Source: Ruditapes philippinarum (Eukaryota). Taken from it: a DNA stretch of 64,000 nt. The stretch is taken from positions 1 through 64,000 of the forward strand of contig NW_026858374.1 of the NCBI RefSeq assembly GCF_026571515.1, given 5' to 3'. The notes beneath the pieces are model-generated. The model was not told the DNA's origin. It did not search any database and saw only the letters and a program-made list of their open reading frames with translations. The translations under genes were made by a program, and so were the position numbers. Positions 12,738 to 27,932 of this stretch are shown piece by piece (the first letter of the stretch is position 1; every line of letters begins with the position of its first letter).

Positions 12738-15700
12738 TATCTAAAAATTGTGGTTGTGTGTAAAATGTGCTATATATTAAGTGACACTTTTGTACAAAAG
12801 CAAGGTGATATTAGTGTAATACTTAAGTGACTTGTGTGTGTTCTGCCAAGGTTGATATTGGTTCTTTCTGTAAACCCACAGCAGTATAACTTACTGCTAA
12901 ATAACTTTCTCAAAACAAAAAAAGATACCAAGTAAAAAAAAAAATACGCAGTTATTTTACCACCGGCGAATCTGAAATTTTCATTGACAAACTTAAAACT
13001 TTATACAGAGCACTGTGTCAGACATATGTACAATGTATAAAGTTTGTGGTCAAGTGACAGTTCTAAGGAAACAATTGTTTTATCAAATTTTTTTGTATTA
13101 TGGTTAAAGTGATATTAGCTATATGGTAAAGTGAAGTTTGTGTAATGCCAAATATTTATATTAACAGTGTAAAATGAAATTTTCAACAGCAGTATAAAAT
13201 CAATAGTTCACGTTGACTGAGCAACAGAAACTTCCAAAATATTTCTGAGATATGTTCAAAATAATGGAATGTAGTAAGAAAACAAACAAAATGTTATGTC
13301 TAATTTGATTGTTAGTGTAAGACTGGTATTTTTTTGTTAAGAAATAGTAGGTTACATATAATTCAATAGTTTGGGTATCTTGCCATTTTCAAGAAATATG
13401 TACATTTTAATGCCATTTGTATTGTCTGATTTATTTAAAAAGGATTTGTTTTTTCTATTAGAGTTCAAGAGTTTTTTTTTAGTTGTTTTGAAATTCCAGT
13501 TATGTTAGATTAAATGTGACCATACCATGAGGTTTTTGGCATCATTTAAGCTACCTGAAGCTATTAATATCGGCTTTTTGCTGGGGATTTTATACTCTAA
13601 ATAAAGCAAGACAAATCTGCTTGTAACTAAAATTGGACTTCATATACCCCACAGTTCATTTGCTACAACAGTTCTAGGATTAGGTTTTTACGTGTTAATT
13701 CTAGTTTTTAAGTATAAAATGATATTATAATCCACTATAATTCAAGTAGGTTTAGCATCATATATATGTTTGAAGTCGAATGTGGATAAAGTAATACTTA
13801 TACTACATGCGAGGTCAACACATTGATATGATGTTACTCTATATACATTGTCGTACACCTAACATATTTATGTAAGTGATTAAGATTGTTAAATGTACCT
13901 ACATTTAATTATTTTATTAGATCTTATTAGGCTATTAATTATTCATATTCGCTCTTAGTTTATACTGTTAATTACGAAAAGTTTTTTCAATGAATCATTT
14001 TGTTGAACCTTAAAGAAAATTGTATTGTTGTTCATAACTATTTGAGCAAATTTATTGTTATTCAGTTAATTTGTGAATGCAGTATTTTGGTATTAAGAAG
14101 ACACTTGACTTCCACAAGTCTCTTTGTATTGTACTAAAACTTAAAACAAAGTGTATTAATTTAGCTTAACAAAAACAATAAAAAATAATTTCTAAACACG
14201 ATCTACGATGTTGGTTTATTTTACATATTCTTCTTTTTACTTTAGGAGTTATATTAGACATTTGAGTATCAGTTGTAGAAAGTAAGGTTGTTTGTTATGG
14301 GTCTTGAACTTAATCTATCTGCTACATTGTGATCAGAATATCAGTACCTATATAAATATATAGTTGAGGCGTTGTTTTTGGATAGATTGTGGTGTGACTA
14401 CTCATAAAGATTGTGCTTGGCAACAGCCTTAGGAGCTTATTGAGTAATACAGTTGAGTTTTTTTAGTCCAGAAGTCATCGACTCTTTGAGGTGTCATTAG
14501 GTACAAATTGATCATATGGATTAAAACTCACTTTGGTGATAATTAATATTAAGTATATGACTGATTCTTATTACGTGCAAATCTTTTAGGAACCAGACCA
14601 CTCACTTATCTCATTGCATACTTTAGAGTCTTTACGTTAATACTAGTATATTACAGTGCTTCTACCTAAACATGAATGTCAGAAGACCTTTATATAGTAC
14701 AACCATCAATTACCACAATATATCAAATCTAATAGAGATAAAAATCACAACATTTTATTCAGAACAACCGTGGGATTACGGTGACATTTTCTGAAGTATA
14801 GTATAGATATATTCCATTATGGACCACAAGCTTGTAATAGTTTAGAAATGGCAAAGGTTTATTTCTATATATTGAAGATTAATAGCACATTACTGTTTAT
14901 ACACGGACGTGCAATCATGTCAATATCCTTTGTAAGTAATTCATTGATTAATGCAACACAATTTCTTTTTATTAGTGGGGTGGAGAATGAGAATGATAAA
15001 TTAAATGGGTAGCCACAGATTGTGTGTTACTGTACGAACGTATTTGCAAGTGTCAACTCGAGACAATGTATTGACTTGATATAATCTAAACTTATGTACT
15101 TAAAATTACCTCTTGATATCATAACGAGAATGGTGTTGACTCTGGTACAGAGGTCGAAATTAAAACACCCGACATAAGTAATGTAAAGTAACTCAAGCTT
15201 GCTTAATTTTAAAGGGAAGATAAAAGTTGTCTTTCTTGATATATTTTCATTTTAAGATACGCCATGGGGTTACTTCACATATGCCATGTCAATCTAGGAC
15301 CTGAATAGACAGACAAAACAATAGTAAGAATACGCAAACCGGATATTAGCGTAGACTACACAAAACAAATAATTAAACAACTGCTTAAAAGTGTTAAACC
15401 ATTTTTTAAAAAAGAATAAAGATAATTTATTTGTTTTTGATTATTGCTCTTTGGAAACAAAAAATATGAACGACATTTCGACATGAATAACCACAAATTA
15501 TACCATAGAAGGTATGCTTTTCGAATTTTGAAGGTGTTTGAGTGTAAACAAAAGTTATACGCAGAGGGCAATGATGTTTATTAGCCGTGAACAATAGCTG
15601 AAGCTTTGCATTGCTGATACAACCATGGTTAGCAATCTTGATGACAAGGAAAGTGCATTTTGTCATCGAGGCACACGGGCCTACGGACGTTTTAACTGAT

Positions 15701-18700
15701 ATCTATATATATGTATAACAAATTCATTTACCAAGGAGTCGGATTTTAAACCTCAGTTCATAGAAAACTTTGATGTTGCGTACTAAGTTACCATGTCCAG
15801 TCAAATACTCTTCCGGTATGGTGTACTAGCTGATAAAGTCCTGCGAGTATAACTGAATTAGTAAAACAATGAAACAGGCTCAACTCAGGGGTACATTGCC
15901 ATTCTTTTTGGACATTATCACATGGTACACATGTTTCTTATTCAAAAAGTATGAACTATGGAAAAAACACAAAGCGTCAAAAATAAACTTCAAGATTTTG
16001 ATAAAAAAAGAAGATATTTACGTTTACACTTTTATCAAAAATATCTTTAAACAAGGATCACTCTTTAACAATTATTTTTTTATATACATATGTATAAATC
16101 AAAAATTAAGGTCTTACAGCGAGAGTCAGGTAGTATTACGCTTAGATAATGCACGTGTATATCCAGTAACACCGGAATGTGAAAATAACGCACGATTCGT
16201 GCAAGAAGTAACGCAGAATTGTGCAATAAATGGCGGATACATGACAGGATTTCCAATGCAGTAAGTAACTGGCCAATATAAATTTTTTTAACCGAACTGA
16301 AAAAAATGAATAGCCGCATGCGGCTGCGAAGACATTATTCTTTATCCATCGTCAAGATTATGTACTTTCAAGATCATTCGTTAAAATAATGGCTTGAGTA
16401 CCGTTATAAGCGTGATTCTGCCTTTTGTCGACTTTTATAAGTACAACAATGCATAGATTTAATCTAAAAAGTGGGTGTTTGTAAAATGTGCTATATATAG
16501 ACACTTGTACAAAAGCAAGGTGATATTAGTGTAATACTTAAGTGACTTGTGTGTGTTCTGCAAAGGTTGATATTGGTTCTTTCTGTAAACCCACAGTAGT
16601 ATAATTTACTGCTTAATAACTGTCTCAAAACAAAAAAAAGAAGATTAAATATAAAAAAAATACGCAGTTATTTTACCACTGGCGAATCTGAAATTTTCAT
16701 TGACAAACTTAAAACTTTATACAGAGCACTGTGTCAGACATATGTACAATGTATAAAGTTTGTGGTCAAGTGACAGTTCTAAGGAAACAATTGTTTTATC
16801 AAATTTTTTTTGTATTATGGTTAAAGTGATATTAGCTATATGGTAAAGTGAAGTTTGTGTAATGCCAAATATTTATATTAACAGTGTAAAATGAAATTTT
16901 CAACAGCAGTATAAAATCAATAGTTCACGTTGACTGAGCAACAGAAACTTCCAAAATATTTCTGAGATATGTTCAAAATAATGGAATGTAGTAAGAAAAC
17001 AAACAAAATGTTATGTCTAATTTGATTGTTAGTGTAAGACTGGTATTTTTTTGTTAAGAAATAGTAGGTTACATATAATTCAATAGTTTGGGTATCTTGC
17101 CCATTTTTCAAGAAATATGTACATTTTAATGCCATTTGTATTGTCTGATTTATTTAAAAAGGATTTGTTTTTTTCTATTAGAGTTCAAGAGTTTTTTTTT
17201 AGTTGTTTTGAAATTCCAGTTATGTTAGATTAAATGTGACCATACCATGAGGTTTTTGGCATCATTTAAGCTACCTGAAGCTATTAATATCGGCTTTTTG
17301 CTGGGGATTTTTTATACTCTAAATAAAGGCAAGACAAATCTGCTTGTAACTAAAATGGACTTCATATACCCCCACAGTTCATTTGCTACAACAGTTCTAG
17401 GATTAGGTTTTAAGTGTTAACAGTTTTTTTAAATGTAAAATATCCACTTAACAAAAAGAGGTTTAGCACATATTAAAGTTTGAAAAGGAATGTGATAGTA
17501 ATACTTATATCATGCGGGTCAAACATTGATATATTACTCTATATAGTCGTACCCTCACAAATATATGTAAGTGATAAAATTGTTAAATGTACTACATTTT
17601 ATAGATATACTATTATTTCATTCGCTCTTATTTATACTTTATTAGATTTTTTCAGTTCAGTTGTTGAATTAAAGAAAATTGTATTGTTGTTCATGCAAAA
17701 TTGTTCAGTATGAATGCAGTATTTTGGTTATTAAGAAGACTTGACTTCACAAGTCTTTTGATTGTAAAAACAAAACAAAAGTGCTAATTTAGCAATAAAA
17801 TTTTTAAACATCAGATGTGTTTATTTTCATTTTCTCTTTAACTTTAGAGTTTAACATTGTACACAGTTGAAAAGTAAAGGGTTGTGAATGGGTTTGAAAT
17901 AAACAATTTTCAGAACTGTGATCAATTGTAGGCATAGTAAAGTAGCTGTTTTGGGAAGAGTTTGATATTCTAAATTGTGCCATTGGAACAAGCCTAGGCT
18001 TTGACATTGTTTGTTGTCAGAAGTATCGATTTTGAGGTCATTAGGTCAAAATGACAGTGGAAAATCCTTGGGTAACAATAACTTGTTATGGCTGTTTTAT
18101 AACTACATCTTAGGACAGCACATACTTTTATGCTTTAGAGTCTTTGTTACTAGTATATTACATGTCTCCTAAAACTGAATTGCAGCCTTAAGTCAACACA
18201 TACACATATTCAAAGTCAATATAAAAATCACAACATTTTATTCAGAACAACCGGGATACTACATTGAATTTTTAATTTCCATTAGTGTATAGTTAGAAAT
18301 GGCAAAGGTTATTTCTATATATTAAGATTAATAGCACATTACTGTTTATACACGGACGTGCATCATGTCAATATCCTTTGTAAGTAATTCATTGATAATG
18401 CAACACAATTTCTTTTTATTAGTGGGTGGAGAATGAGAATGAAAATTAAGTAGCCATGATTTGTTACCGAAAGTATTTGCAGTGTCAACTCGAGACAATG
18501 TATTGACTTGATATAATCTAAACTTATGTACTTAAAATTACCTCTTGATATCATAACGAGAATGGTGTTGACTCTGGTACAGGGTCGAAATTAAAACACC
18601 CGACATAAGTAATGTAAAGTAACTCAAGCTTGCTTAATTTTAAAGGGAAGATAAAAGTTGTCTTTCTTGATATATTTCATTTTAAGATACGCCATGGGGT

Positions 18701-21700
18701 TACTTCACATATGCCATGTCAATCTAGGACCTGAATAGACAGACAAAACAATAGTAAGAATACGCAAACCGGATATTAGCGTAGACTACACAAAACAAAT
18801 AATTAAACAACTGCTTAAAAGTGTTAAACCATTTTTTAAAAAGAATAAAGATAATTTATTTGTTTTTGATTATTGCTCTTTGGAAACAAAAAATATGAAC
18901 GACATTTCGACATGAATAACCACAAATTATACCATAGAAGGTATGCTTTTCGAATTTTGAAGGTGTTTGAGTGTAAACAAAAGTTATACGCAGAGGGCAA
19001 TGATGTTTATTAGCCGTGAACAATAGCTGAAGCTTTGCATTGCTGATACAACCATGGTTAGCAATCTTGATGACAAGGAAAGTGCATTTTGTCATCGAGG
19101 CACACGGGCCTACGGACGTTTTAACTGATATCTATATATATGTATAACAAATTCATTTACCAAGGAGTCGGATTTTAAACCTCAGTTCATAGAAAACTTT
19201 GATGTTGCGTACTAAGTTACCATGTCCAGTCAAATACTCTTCCGGTATGGTGTACTAGCTGATAAAGTCCTGCGAGTATAACTGAATTAGTAAAACAATG
19301 AAACAGGCTCAACTCAGGGGTACATTGCCATTCTTTTTGGACATTATCACATGGTACACATGTTTCTTATTCAAAAAGTATGAACTATGGAAAAACACAA
19401 GCGTCAAAAATAAACTTCAAGATTTTGATAAAAAAAGAAGATATTTACGTTTACACTTTTATCAAAATATCTTTAAACAAGGATCACTCTTTAACAATTA
19501 TTTTTTATATACATATGTATAAATCAAAATTAAGGTCTTACAGCGAGAGTCAGGTAGTATTACGCTTAGATAATGCACCGTGTATATCCAGTAACACCGG
19601 AATGTGAAAATAACGCACGATTCGTGCAAGAAGTAACGCAGAATTGTGCAATAAATGGCGGATACATGACAGGATTTCCAATGCAGTAAGTAAACTGGCC
19701 AATATAAATTTTTTTTAACCGAACTGAAAAAAATGAATAGCCGCATGCGGCTGCGAAGACATTATTCTTTATCCATCGTCAAGATTATGTACTTTCAAGA
19801 TCATTCGTTAAAATAATGGCTTGAGTACCGTTATAAGCGTGATTCTGCCTTTTGTCTACTTTTATAAGTACAACAATGCATAGATTTAATCTAAAAAGTG
19901 GGTGTTTGTAAAATGTGCTATATATAGACACTTGTACAAAAGCAAGGTGATATTAGTGTAATACTTAAGTGACTTGTGTGTGTTCTGCAAAGGTTGATAT
20001 TGGTTCTTTCTGTAAACCCACAGTAGTATAATTTACTGCTTAATAACTGTCTCAAAACAAAAAAAAGAAGATTAAATATAAAAAAATACGCAGTTATTTT
20101 ACCACCGGCGAATCTGAAATTTTCATTGACAAACTTAAAACTTTATACAGAGCACTGTGTCAGACATATGTACAATGTATAAAGTTTGTGGTCAAGTGAC
20201 AGTTCTAAGGAAACAATTGTTTTATCAAATTTTTTTTTGTATTATGGTTAAAGTGATATTAGCTATATGGTAAAGTGAAGTTTGTGTAATGCCAAATATT
20301 TATATTAACAGTGTAAAATGAAATTTTCAACAGCAGTATAAAATCAATAGTTCACGTTGACTGAGCAACAGAAACTTCCAAAATATTTCTGAGATATGTT
20401 CAAAATAATGGAATGTAGTAAGAAAACAAACAAAATGTTATGTCTAATTTGATTGTTAGTGTAAGACTGGTATTTTTTTGTTAAGAAATAGTAGGTTACA
20501 TATAATTCAATAGTTTGGGTATCTTGCCCATTTTTCAAGAAATATGTACATTTTAATGCCATTTGTATTGTCTGATTTATTTAAAAAGGATTTGTTTTTT
20601 TCTATTAGAGTTCAAGAGTTTTTTTTAGTTGTTTTGAAATTCCAGTTATGTTAGATTAAATGTGACCATACCATGAGGTTTTTGGCATCATTTAAGCTAC
20701 CTGAAGCTATTAATATCGGCTTTTTGCTGGGGATTTTTATACTCTAAATAAAGGCAAGACAAATCTGCTTGTAACTAAAATGGACTTCATATACCCCCAC
20801 AGTTCATTTGCTACAACAGTTCTAGGATTAGGTTTTAAGTGTTAACAGTTTTTTTAAATGTAAAATATCCACTTAACAAAAAGAGGTTTAGCACATATTA
20901 AAGTTTGAAAAGGAATGTGATAGTAATACTTATATCATGCGGGTCAAACATTGATATATTACTCTATATAGTCGTACCCTCACAAATATATGTAAGTGAT
21001 AAAATTGTTAAATGTACTACATTTTATAGATATACTATTATTTCATTCGCTCTTATTTATACTTTATTAGATTTTTTCAGTTCAGTTGTTGAATTAAAGA
21101 AAATTGTATTGTTGTTCATGCAAAATTGTTCAGTATGAATGCAGTATTTTGGTTATTAAGAAGACTTGACTTCACAAGTCTTTTGATTGTAAAAACAAAA
21201 CAAAAGTGCTAATTTAGCAATAAAATTTTTAAACATCAGATGTGTTTATTTTCATTTTCTCTTTAACTTTAGAGTTTAACATTGTACACAGTTGAAAAGT
21301 AAAGGGTTGTGAATGGGTTTGAAATAAACAATTTTCAGAACTGTGATCAATTGTAGGCATAGTAAAGTAGCTGTTTTGGGAAGAGTTTGATATTCTAAAT
21401 TGTGCCATTGGAACAAGCCTAGGCTTTGACATTGTTTGTTGTCAGAAGTATCGATTTTGAGGTCATTAGGTCAAAATGACAGTGGAAAATCCTTGGGTAA
21501 CAATAACTTGTTATGGCTGTTTTATAACTACATCTTAGGACAGCACATACTTTTATGCTTTAGAGTCTTTGTTACTAGTATATTACATGTCTCCTAAAAC
21601 TGAATTGCAGCCTTAAGTCAACACATACACATATTCAAAGTCAATATAAAAATCACAACATTTTATTCAGAACAACCGGGATACTACATTGAATTTTTAA

Positions 21701-24700
21701 TTTCCATTAGTGTATAGTTAGAAATGGCAAAGGTTATTTCTATATATTAAGATTAATAGCACATTACTGTTTATACACGGACGTGCATCATGTCAATATC
21801 CTTTGTAAGTAATTCATTGATAATGCAACACAATTTCTTTTTATTAGTGGGTGGAGAATGAGAATGAAAATTAAGTAGCCATGATTTGTTACCGAAAGTA
21901 TTTGCAGTGTCAACTCGAGACAATGTATTGACTTGATATAATCTAAACTTATGTACTTAAAATTACCTCTTGATATCATAACGAGAATGGTGTTGACTCT
22001 GGTACAGGGTCGAAATTAAAACACCCGACATAAGTAATGTAAAGTAACTCAAGCTTGCTTAATTTTAAAGGGAAGATAAAAGTTGTCTTTCTTGATATAT
22101 TTCATTTTAAGATACGCCATGGGGTTACTTCACATATGCCATGTCAATCTAGGACCTGAATAGACAGACAAAACAATAGTAAGAATACGCAAACCGGATA
22201 TTAGCGTAGACTACACAAAACAAATAATTAAACAACTGCTTAAAAGTGTTAAACCATTTTTTTAAAAAGAATAAAGATAATTTATTTGTTTTTTGATTAT
22301 TGCTCTTTGGAAACAAAAAATATGAACGACATTTCGACATGAATAACCACAAATTATACCATAGAAGGTATGCTTTTCGAATTTTGAAGGTGTTTGAGTG
22401 TAAACAAAAGTTATACGCAGAGGGCAATGATGTTTATTAGCCGTGAACAATAGCTGAAGCTTTGCATTGCTGATACAACCATGGTTAGCAATCTTGATGA
22501 CAAAGGAAAGTGCATTTTGTCATCGAGGCACACGGGCCTACGGACGTTTTAACTGATATCTATATATATGTATAACAAATTCATTTACCAAGGAGTCGGA
22601 TTTAAACCTCAGTTCATAGAAAACTTTGATGTTGCGTACTAAGTTACCATGTCCAGTCAAATACTCTTCCGGTATGGTGTACTAGCTGATAAAGTCCTGC
22701 GAGTATAACTGAATTAGTAAAACAATGAAACAGGCTCAACTCAGGGGTACATTGCCATTCTTTTTGGACATTATCACATGGTACACATGTTTCTTATTCA
22801 AAAAGTATGAACTATGGAAAAACACAAGCGTCAAAAATAAACTTCAAGATTTTGATAAAAAAAGAAGATATTTACGTTTACACTTTTATCAAAATATCTT
22901 TAAACAAGGATCACTCTTTAACAATTATTTTTTATATACATATGTATAAATCAAAATTAAGGTCTTACAGCGAGAGTCAGGTAGTATTACGCTTAGATAA
23001 TGCACCGTGTATATCCAGTAACACCGGAATGTGAAAATAACGCACGATTCGTGCAAGAAGTAACGCAGAATTGTGCAATAAATGGCGGATACATGACAGG
23101 ATTTCCAATGCAGTAAGTAAACTGGCCAATATAAATTTTTTTTAACCGAACTGAAAAAATGAATAGCCGCATGCGGCTGCGAAGACATTATTCTTTATCC
23201 ATCGTCAAGATTATGTACTTTCAAGATCATTCGTTAAAATAATGGCTTGAGTACCGTTATAAGCGTGATTCTGCCTTTTGTCGACTTTTATAAGTACAAC
23301 AATGCATAGATTTAATCTAAAAAGTGGGTGTTTGTAAAATGTGCTATATATAGACACTTGTACAAAAGCAAGGTGATATTAGTGTAATACTTAAGTGACT
23401 TGTGTGTGTTCTGCAAAGGTTGATATTGGTTCTTTCTGTAAACCCACAGTAGTATAATTTACTGCTTAATAACTGTCTCAAAACAAAAAAAAGAAGATTA
23501 AATATAAAAAAATACGCAGTTATTTTACCACCGGCGAATCTGAAATTTTCATTGACAAACTTAAAACTTTATACAGAGCACTGTGTCAGACATATGTACA
23601 ATGTATAAAGTTTGTGGTCAAGTGACAGTTCTAAGGAAACAATTGTTTTATCAAATTTTTTTTGTATTATGGTTAAAGTGATATTAGCTATATGGTAAAG
23701 TGAAGTTTGTGTAATGCCAAATATTTATATTAACAGTGTAAAATGAAATTTTCAACAGCAGTATAAAATCAATAGTTCACGTTGACTGAGCAACAGAAAC
23801 TTCCAAAATATTTCTGAGATATGTTCAAAATAATGGAATGTAGTAAGAAAACAAACAAAATGTTATGTCTAATTTGATTGTTAGTGTAAGACTGGTATTT
23901 TTTTGTTAAGAAATAGTAGATTACATATAATTCAATAGTTTGGGTATCTTGCCCATTTTTCAAGAAATATGTACATTTTAATGCCATTTGTATTGTCTGA
24001 TTTATTTAAAAAGGATTTGTTTTTTTCTATTAGAGTTCAAGAGTTTTTTTTTAGTTGTTTTGAAATTCCAGTTATGTTAGATTAAATGTGACCATACCAT
24101 GAGGTTTTTGGCATCATTTAAGCTACCTGAAGCTATTAATATCGGCTTTTTGCTGGGGATTTTTATACTCTAAATAAAGGCAAGACAAATCTGCTTGTAA
24201 CTAAAATGGACTTCATATACCCCCACAGTTCATTTGCTACAACAGTTCTAGGATTAGGTTTTAAGTGTTAACAGTTTTTTTAAATGTAAAATATCCACTT
24301 AACAAAAAGAGGTTTAGCACATATTAAAGTTTGAAAAGGAATGTGATAGTAATACTTATATCATGCGGGTCAAACATTGATATATTACTCTATATAGTCG
24401 TACCCTCACAAATATATGTAAGTGATAAAATTGTTAAATGTACTACATTTTATAGATATACTATTATTTCATTCGCTCTTATTTATACTTTATTAGATTT
24501 TTTCAGTTCAGTTGTTGAATTAAAGAAAATTGTATTGTTGTTCATGCAAAATTGTTCAGTATGAATGCAGTATTTTGGTTATTAAGAAGACTTGACTTCA
24601 CAAGTCTTTTGATTGTAAAAACAAAACAAAAGTGCTAATTTAGCAATAAAATTTTTAAACATCAGATGTGTTTATTTTCATTTTCTCTTTAACTTTAGAG

Positions 24701-26733
24701 TTTAACATTGTACACAGTTGAAAAGTAAAGGGTTGTGAATGGGTTTGAAATAAACAATTTTCAGAACTGTGATCAATTGTAGGCATAGTAAAGTAGCTGT
24801 TTTGGGAAGAGTTTGATATTCTAAATTGTGCCATTGGAACAAGCCTAGGCTTTGACATTGTTTGTTGTCAGAAGTATCGATTTTGAGGTCATTAGGTCAA
24901 AAATGACAGTGGAAAAATCCTTGGGTAACAATAACTTGTTATGGCTGTTTTATAACTACATCTTAGGACAGCACATACTTTTATGCTTTAGAGTCTTTGT
25001 TACTAGTATATTACATGTCTCCTAAAACTGAATTGCAGCCTTAAGTCAACACATACACATATTCAAAGTCAATATAAAAATCACAACATTTATTCAGAAC
25101 AACCGGGATACTACATTGAATTTTTAATTTCCATTAGTGTATAGTTAGAAATGGCAAAGGTTATTTCTATATATTAAGATTAATAGCACATTACTGTTTA
25201 TACACGGACGTGCATCATGTCAATATCCTTTGTAAGTAATTCATTGATAATGCAACACAATTTCTTTTTATTAGGGGTGGAGAATGAGAATGAAAATTAA
25301 GTAGCCATGATTTGTTACCGAAAGTATTTGCAGTGTCAACTCGAGACAATGTATTGACTTGATATAATCTAAACTTATGTACTTAAAATTACCTCTTGAT
25401 ATCATAACGAGAATGGTGTTGACTCTGGTACAGGGTCGAAATTAAAACACCCGACATAAGTAATGTAAAGTAACTCAAGCTTGCTTAATTTTAAAGGGAA
25501 GATAAAAGTTGTCTTTCTTGATATATTTCATTTTAAGATACGCCATGGGGTTACTTCACATATGCCATGTCAATCTAGGACCTGAATAGACAGACAAAAC
25601 AATAGTAAGAATACGCAAACCGGATATTAGCGTAGACTACACAAAACAAATAATTAAACAACTGCTTAAAAGTGTTAAACCATTTTTTAAAAAGAATAAA
25701 GATAATTTATTTGTTTTTGATTATTGCTCTTTGGAAACAAAAAAATATGAACGACATTTCGACATGAATAACCACAAATTATACCATAGAAGGTATGCTT
25801 TTCGAATTTTGAAGGTGTTTGAGTGTAAACAAAAGTTATACGCAGAGGGCAATGATGTTTATTAGCCGTGAACAATAGCTGAAGCTTTGCATTGCTGATA
25901 CAACCATGGTTAGCAATCTTGATGACAAGGAAAGTGCATTTTGTCATCGAGGCACACGGGCCTACGGACGTTTTAACTGATATCTATATATATGTATAAC
26001 AAATTCATTTACCAAGGAGTCGGATTTTAAACCTCAGTTCATAGAAAACTTTGATGTTGCGTACTAAGTTACCATGTCCAGTCAAATACTCTTCCGGTAT
26101 GGTGTACTAGCTGATAAAGTCCTGCGAGTATAACTGAATTAGTAAAACAATGAAACAGGCTCAACTCAGGGGTACATTGCCATTCTTTTTGGACATTATC
26201 ACATGGTACACATGTTTCTTATTCAAAAAGTATGAACTATGGAAAAACACAAGCGTCAAAAATAAACTTCAAGATTTTGATAAAAAAAGAAGATATTTAC
26301 GTTTACACTTTTATCAAAATATCTTTAAACAAGGATCACTCTTTAACAATTATTTTTTATATACATATGTATAAATCAAAATTAAGGTCTTACAGCGAGA
26401 GTCAGGTAGTATTACGCTTAGATAATGCACCGTGTATATCCAGTAACACCGGAATGTGAAAATAACGCACGATTCGTGCAAGAAGTAACGCAGAATTGTG
26501 CAATAAATGGCGGATACATGACAGGATTTCCAATGCGGTAAGTAAACTGGCCAATATAATTTTTTTTTAACCGAACTGAAAAAAAGGAATAGCCGCATGC
26601 GGCTGCGAAGACATTATTCTTTATCCATCGTCAAGATTATGTACTTTTCAAGATCATTCGTTAAAATAATGGCTTGAGTACCGTTATAAGCGTGATTCTG
26701 CCTTTTGTCGACTTTTATAAGTACAACAATGCA
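12738..26733. repeat. Tandem array of four ~3.43-kb units (about 12738-16453, 16454-19880, 19881-23305, 23306-26733)
   Basis: Identical ORF-track peptides recur with a ~3425-bp period. The junction gtacaacaatgca|tagatttaatctaaaaagtggg occurs three times; the last copy exits at aacaatgca|aattatacc. Copy 1 is ~290 bp longer. Confidence 0.95.
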
Positions 26734-27109
26734 AATTATACCGTATTATTTCGATTTTTGGTAGGCAAAGGACATTCACTTAAATTCTGGTGACATAGAA
26801 AATTGAAAAAAAGCTGATAACATGTGTTTCAAGCTGTTTCTATTAGGTAACGCAGATGTACGAGAATAGTGCTTCGCGGTAACACCTGAAAATGTGATTT
26901 TGGTACTGAATTGTTACACAGGTTTAACGCCATTAATCAGCCAGTATAAACACTTTTTATTGGTAAATTGTTGAAAACCCTAACCAAAATTTCAAAGCAA
27001 ACAGAATAAAACGGAAGCGGTAGACATAATAATAATAATGGTTAAGGATTTAACCAGTGGATAAGCTATCCATTGGTTAATTTTAACCAATGTTTTAAAC
27101 AACCCGGTC

Positions 27110-27932
27110 CTGTTGTCCGTATTACACCTTTATATGGACAGCTATCCATTGATCCATTGATGTGTAATTCAGTTTTAGTTCTACCTTACCTAACAATGAA
27201 ATATGAAACATATAAAAACCACTCTAGCTTTTACCGAAGCAATTCATCATGTTGTGTAAAAACTACGAGTTTATGCTCATTAAATGACGGGGCCTGTTTA
27301 TTTTCTTTACCAGTCTTGCAGAAAATGTAAAGACACACCTTATATATTTAAACAGCTTATCTTAATCAAATGCAAATGTAAATAAGTAAATATATATCGC
27401 AAAATAAAATGTGCTCTTGGCTACAAGGACAATTTGCACACACGCAAACTATGCCATATTTGATATCAAAATACACAACAATGCGTCACCGTTCAGAACT
27501 GTTCAGTAATTAGGAGAGATGTGTAAGCGGTCGGTAAAGTCGCAGTTCCGAGGGTAGCAGGTTCGAGTCCCGGGCAGACCGCACATTTTTCTCACCCTGT
27601 GACAAATGAAAATAAGATGGGTTTTTTTTTATCAGAATATTTGAAAAAGTCTAGTTACAAGAAAACAAATCAATATCAGTTGTATTTCTATAAACCTCAA
27701 AAAAATCTGATTTATTTATTATCTACAACTTGTTTCTTACGTTTTATGTCATTATCTCTGCCCTGACATTATGTCTGGTGACATATCGAAATATATGTAT
27801 CATTCCCAGTACAAAAACGGCCGTTTGATGTCTGTGTCGGGTTTGAGCATAACCGAAAATGTGATTTTAATCCGCTTCCACATGTGACGTCACACGAAGA
27901 CCAATCAGACCAACGGGCCCAGTTCCAGTCAA
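27110..27932 (-). pseudogene. Pseudogene paralog of the TM-TSP1-gC1q genes (closest to the 39829-41590 copy)
   Basis: TSP1 exon 27741-27932 (192 nt, DWNWARWSDWSSCDVTCGSG...ICHQT*CQGR) has an in-frame TAA. The C1q exon remnant at 27110-27335 (TFSARL...SFNEH...KVELKLN...MDSCPYKG) has a lost acceptor, a frameshift and large deletions. Intron sequence matches 40420-40560. No TM exon recognised. Confidence 0.88.
27500..27604 (+). mobile_element. tRNA-like repeat fragment inside the pseudogene intron
   Basis: B-box-like GGTTCGAGTCCC, ending ...caccctgtgaca; no complete cloverleaf. Confidence 0.4.

Noticed and set aside
15356-26598. Recurrent 60-130-aa ORFs (MKQAQLRG..., MTKCTFLV..., MALKCTYF...)
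   Set aside because: They recur only because the DNA is tandemly repeated. They frameshift between copies at homopolymers and show no domain or splice logic.
27500-27604. Possible tRNA gene
   Set aside because: A T-arm/B-box is present but there is no acceptor stem or anticodon arm; treated as a repeat fragment.
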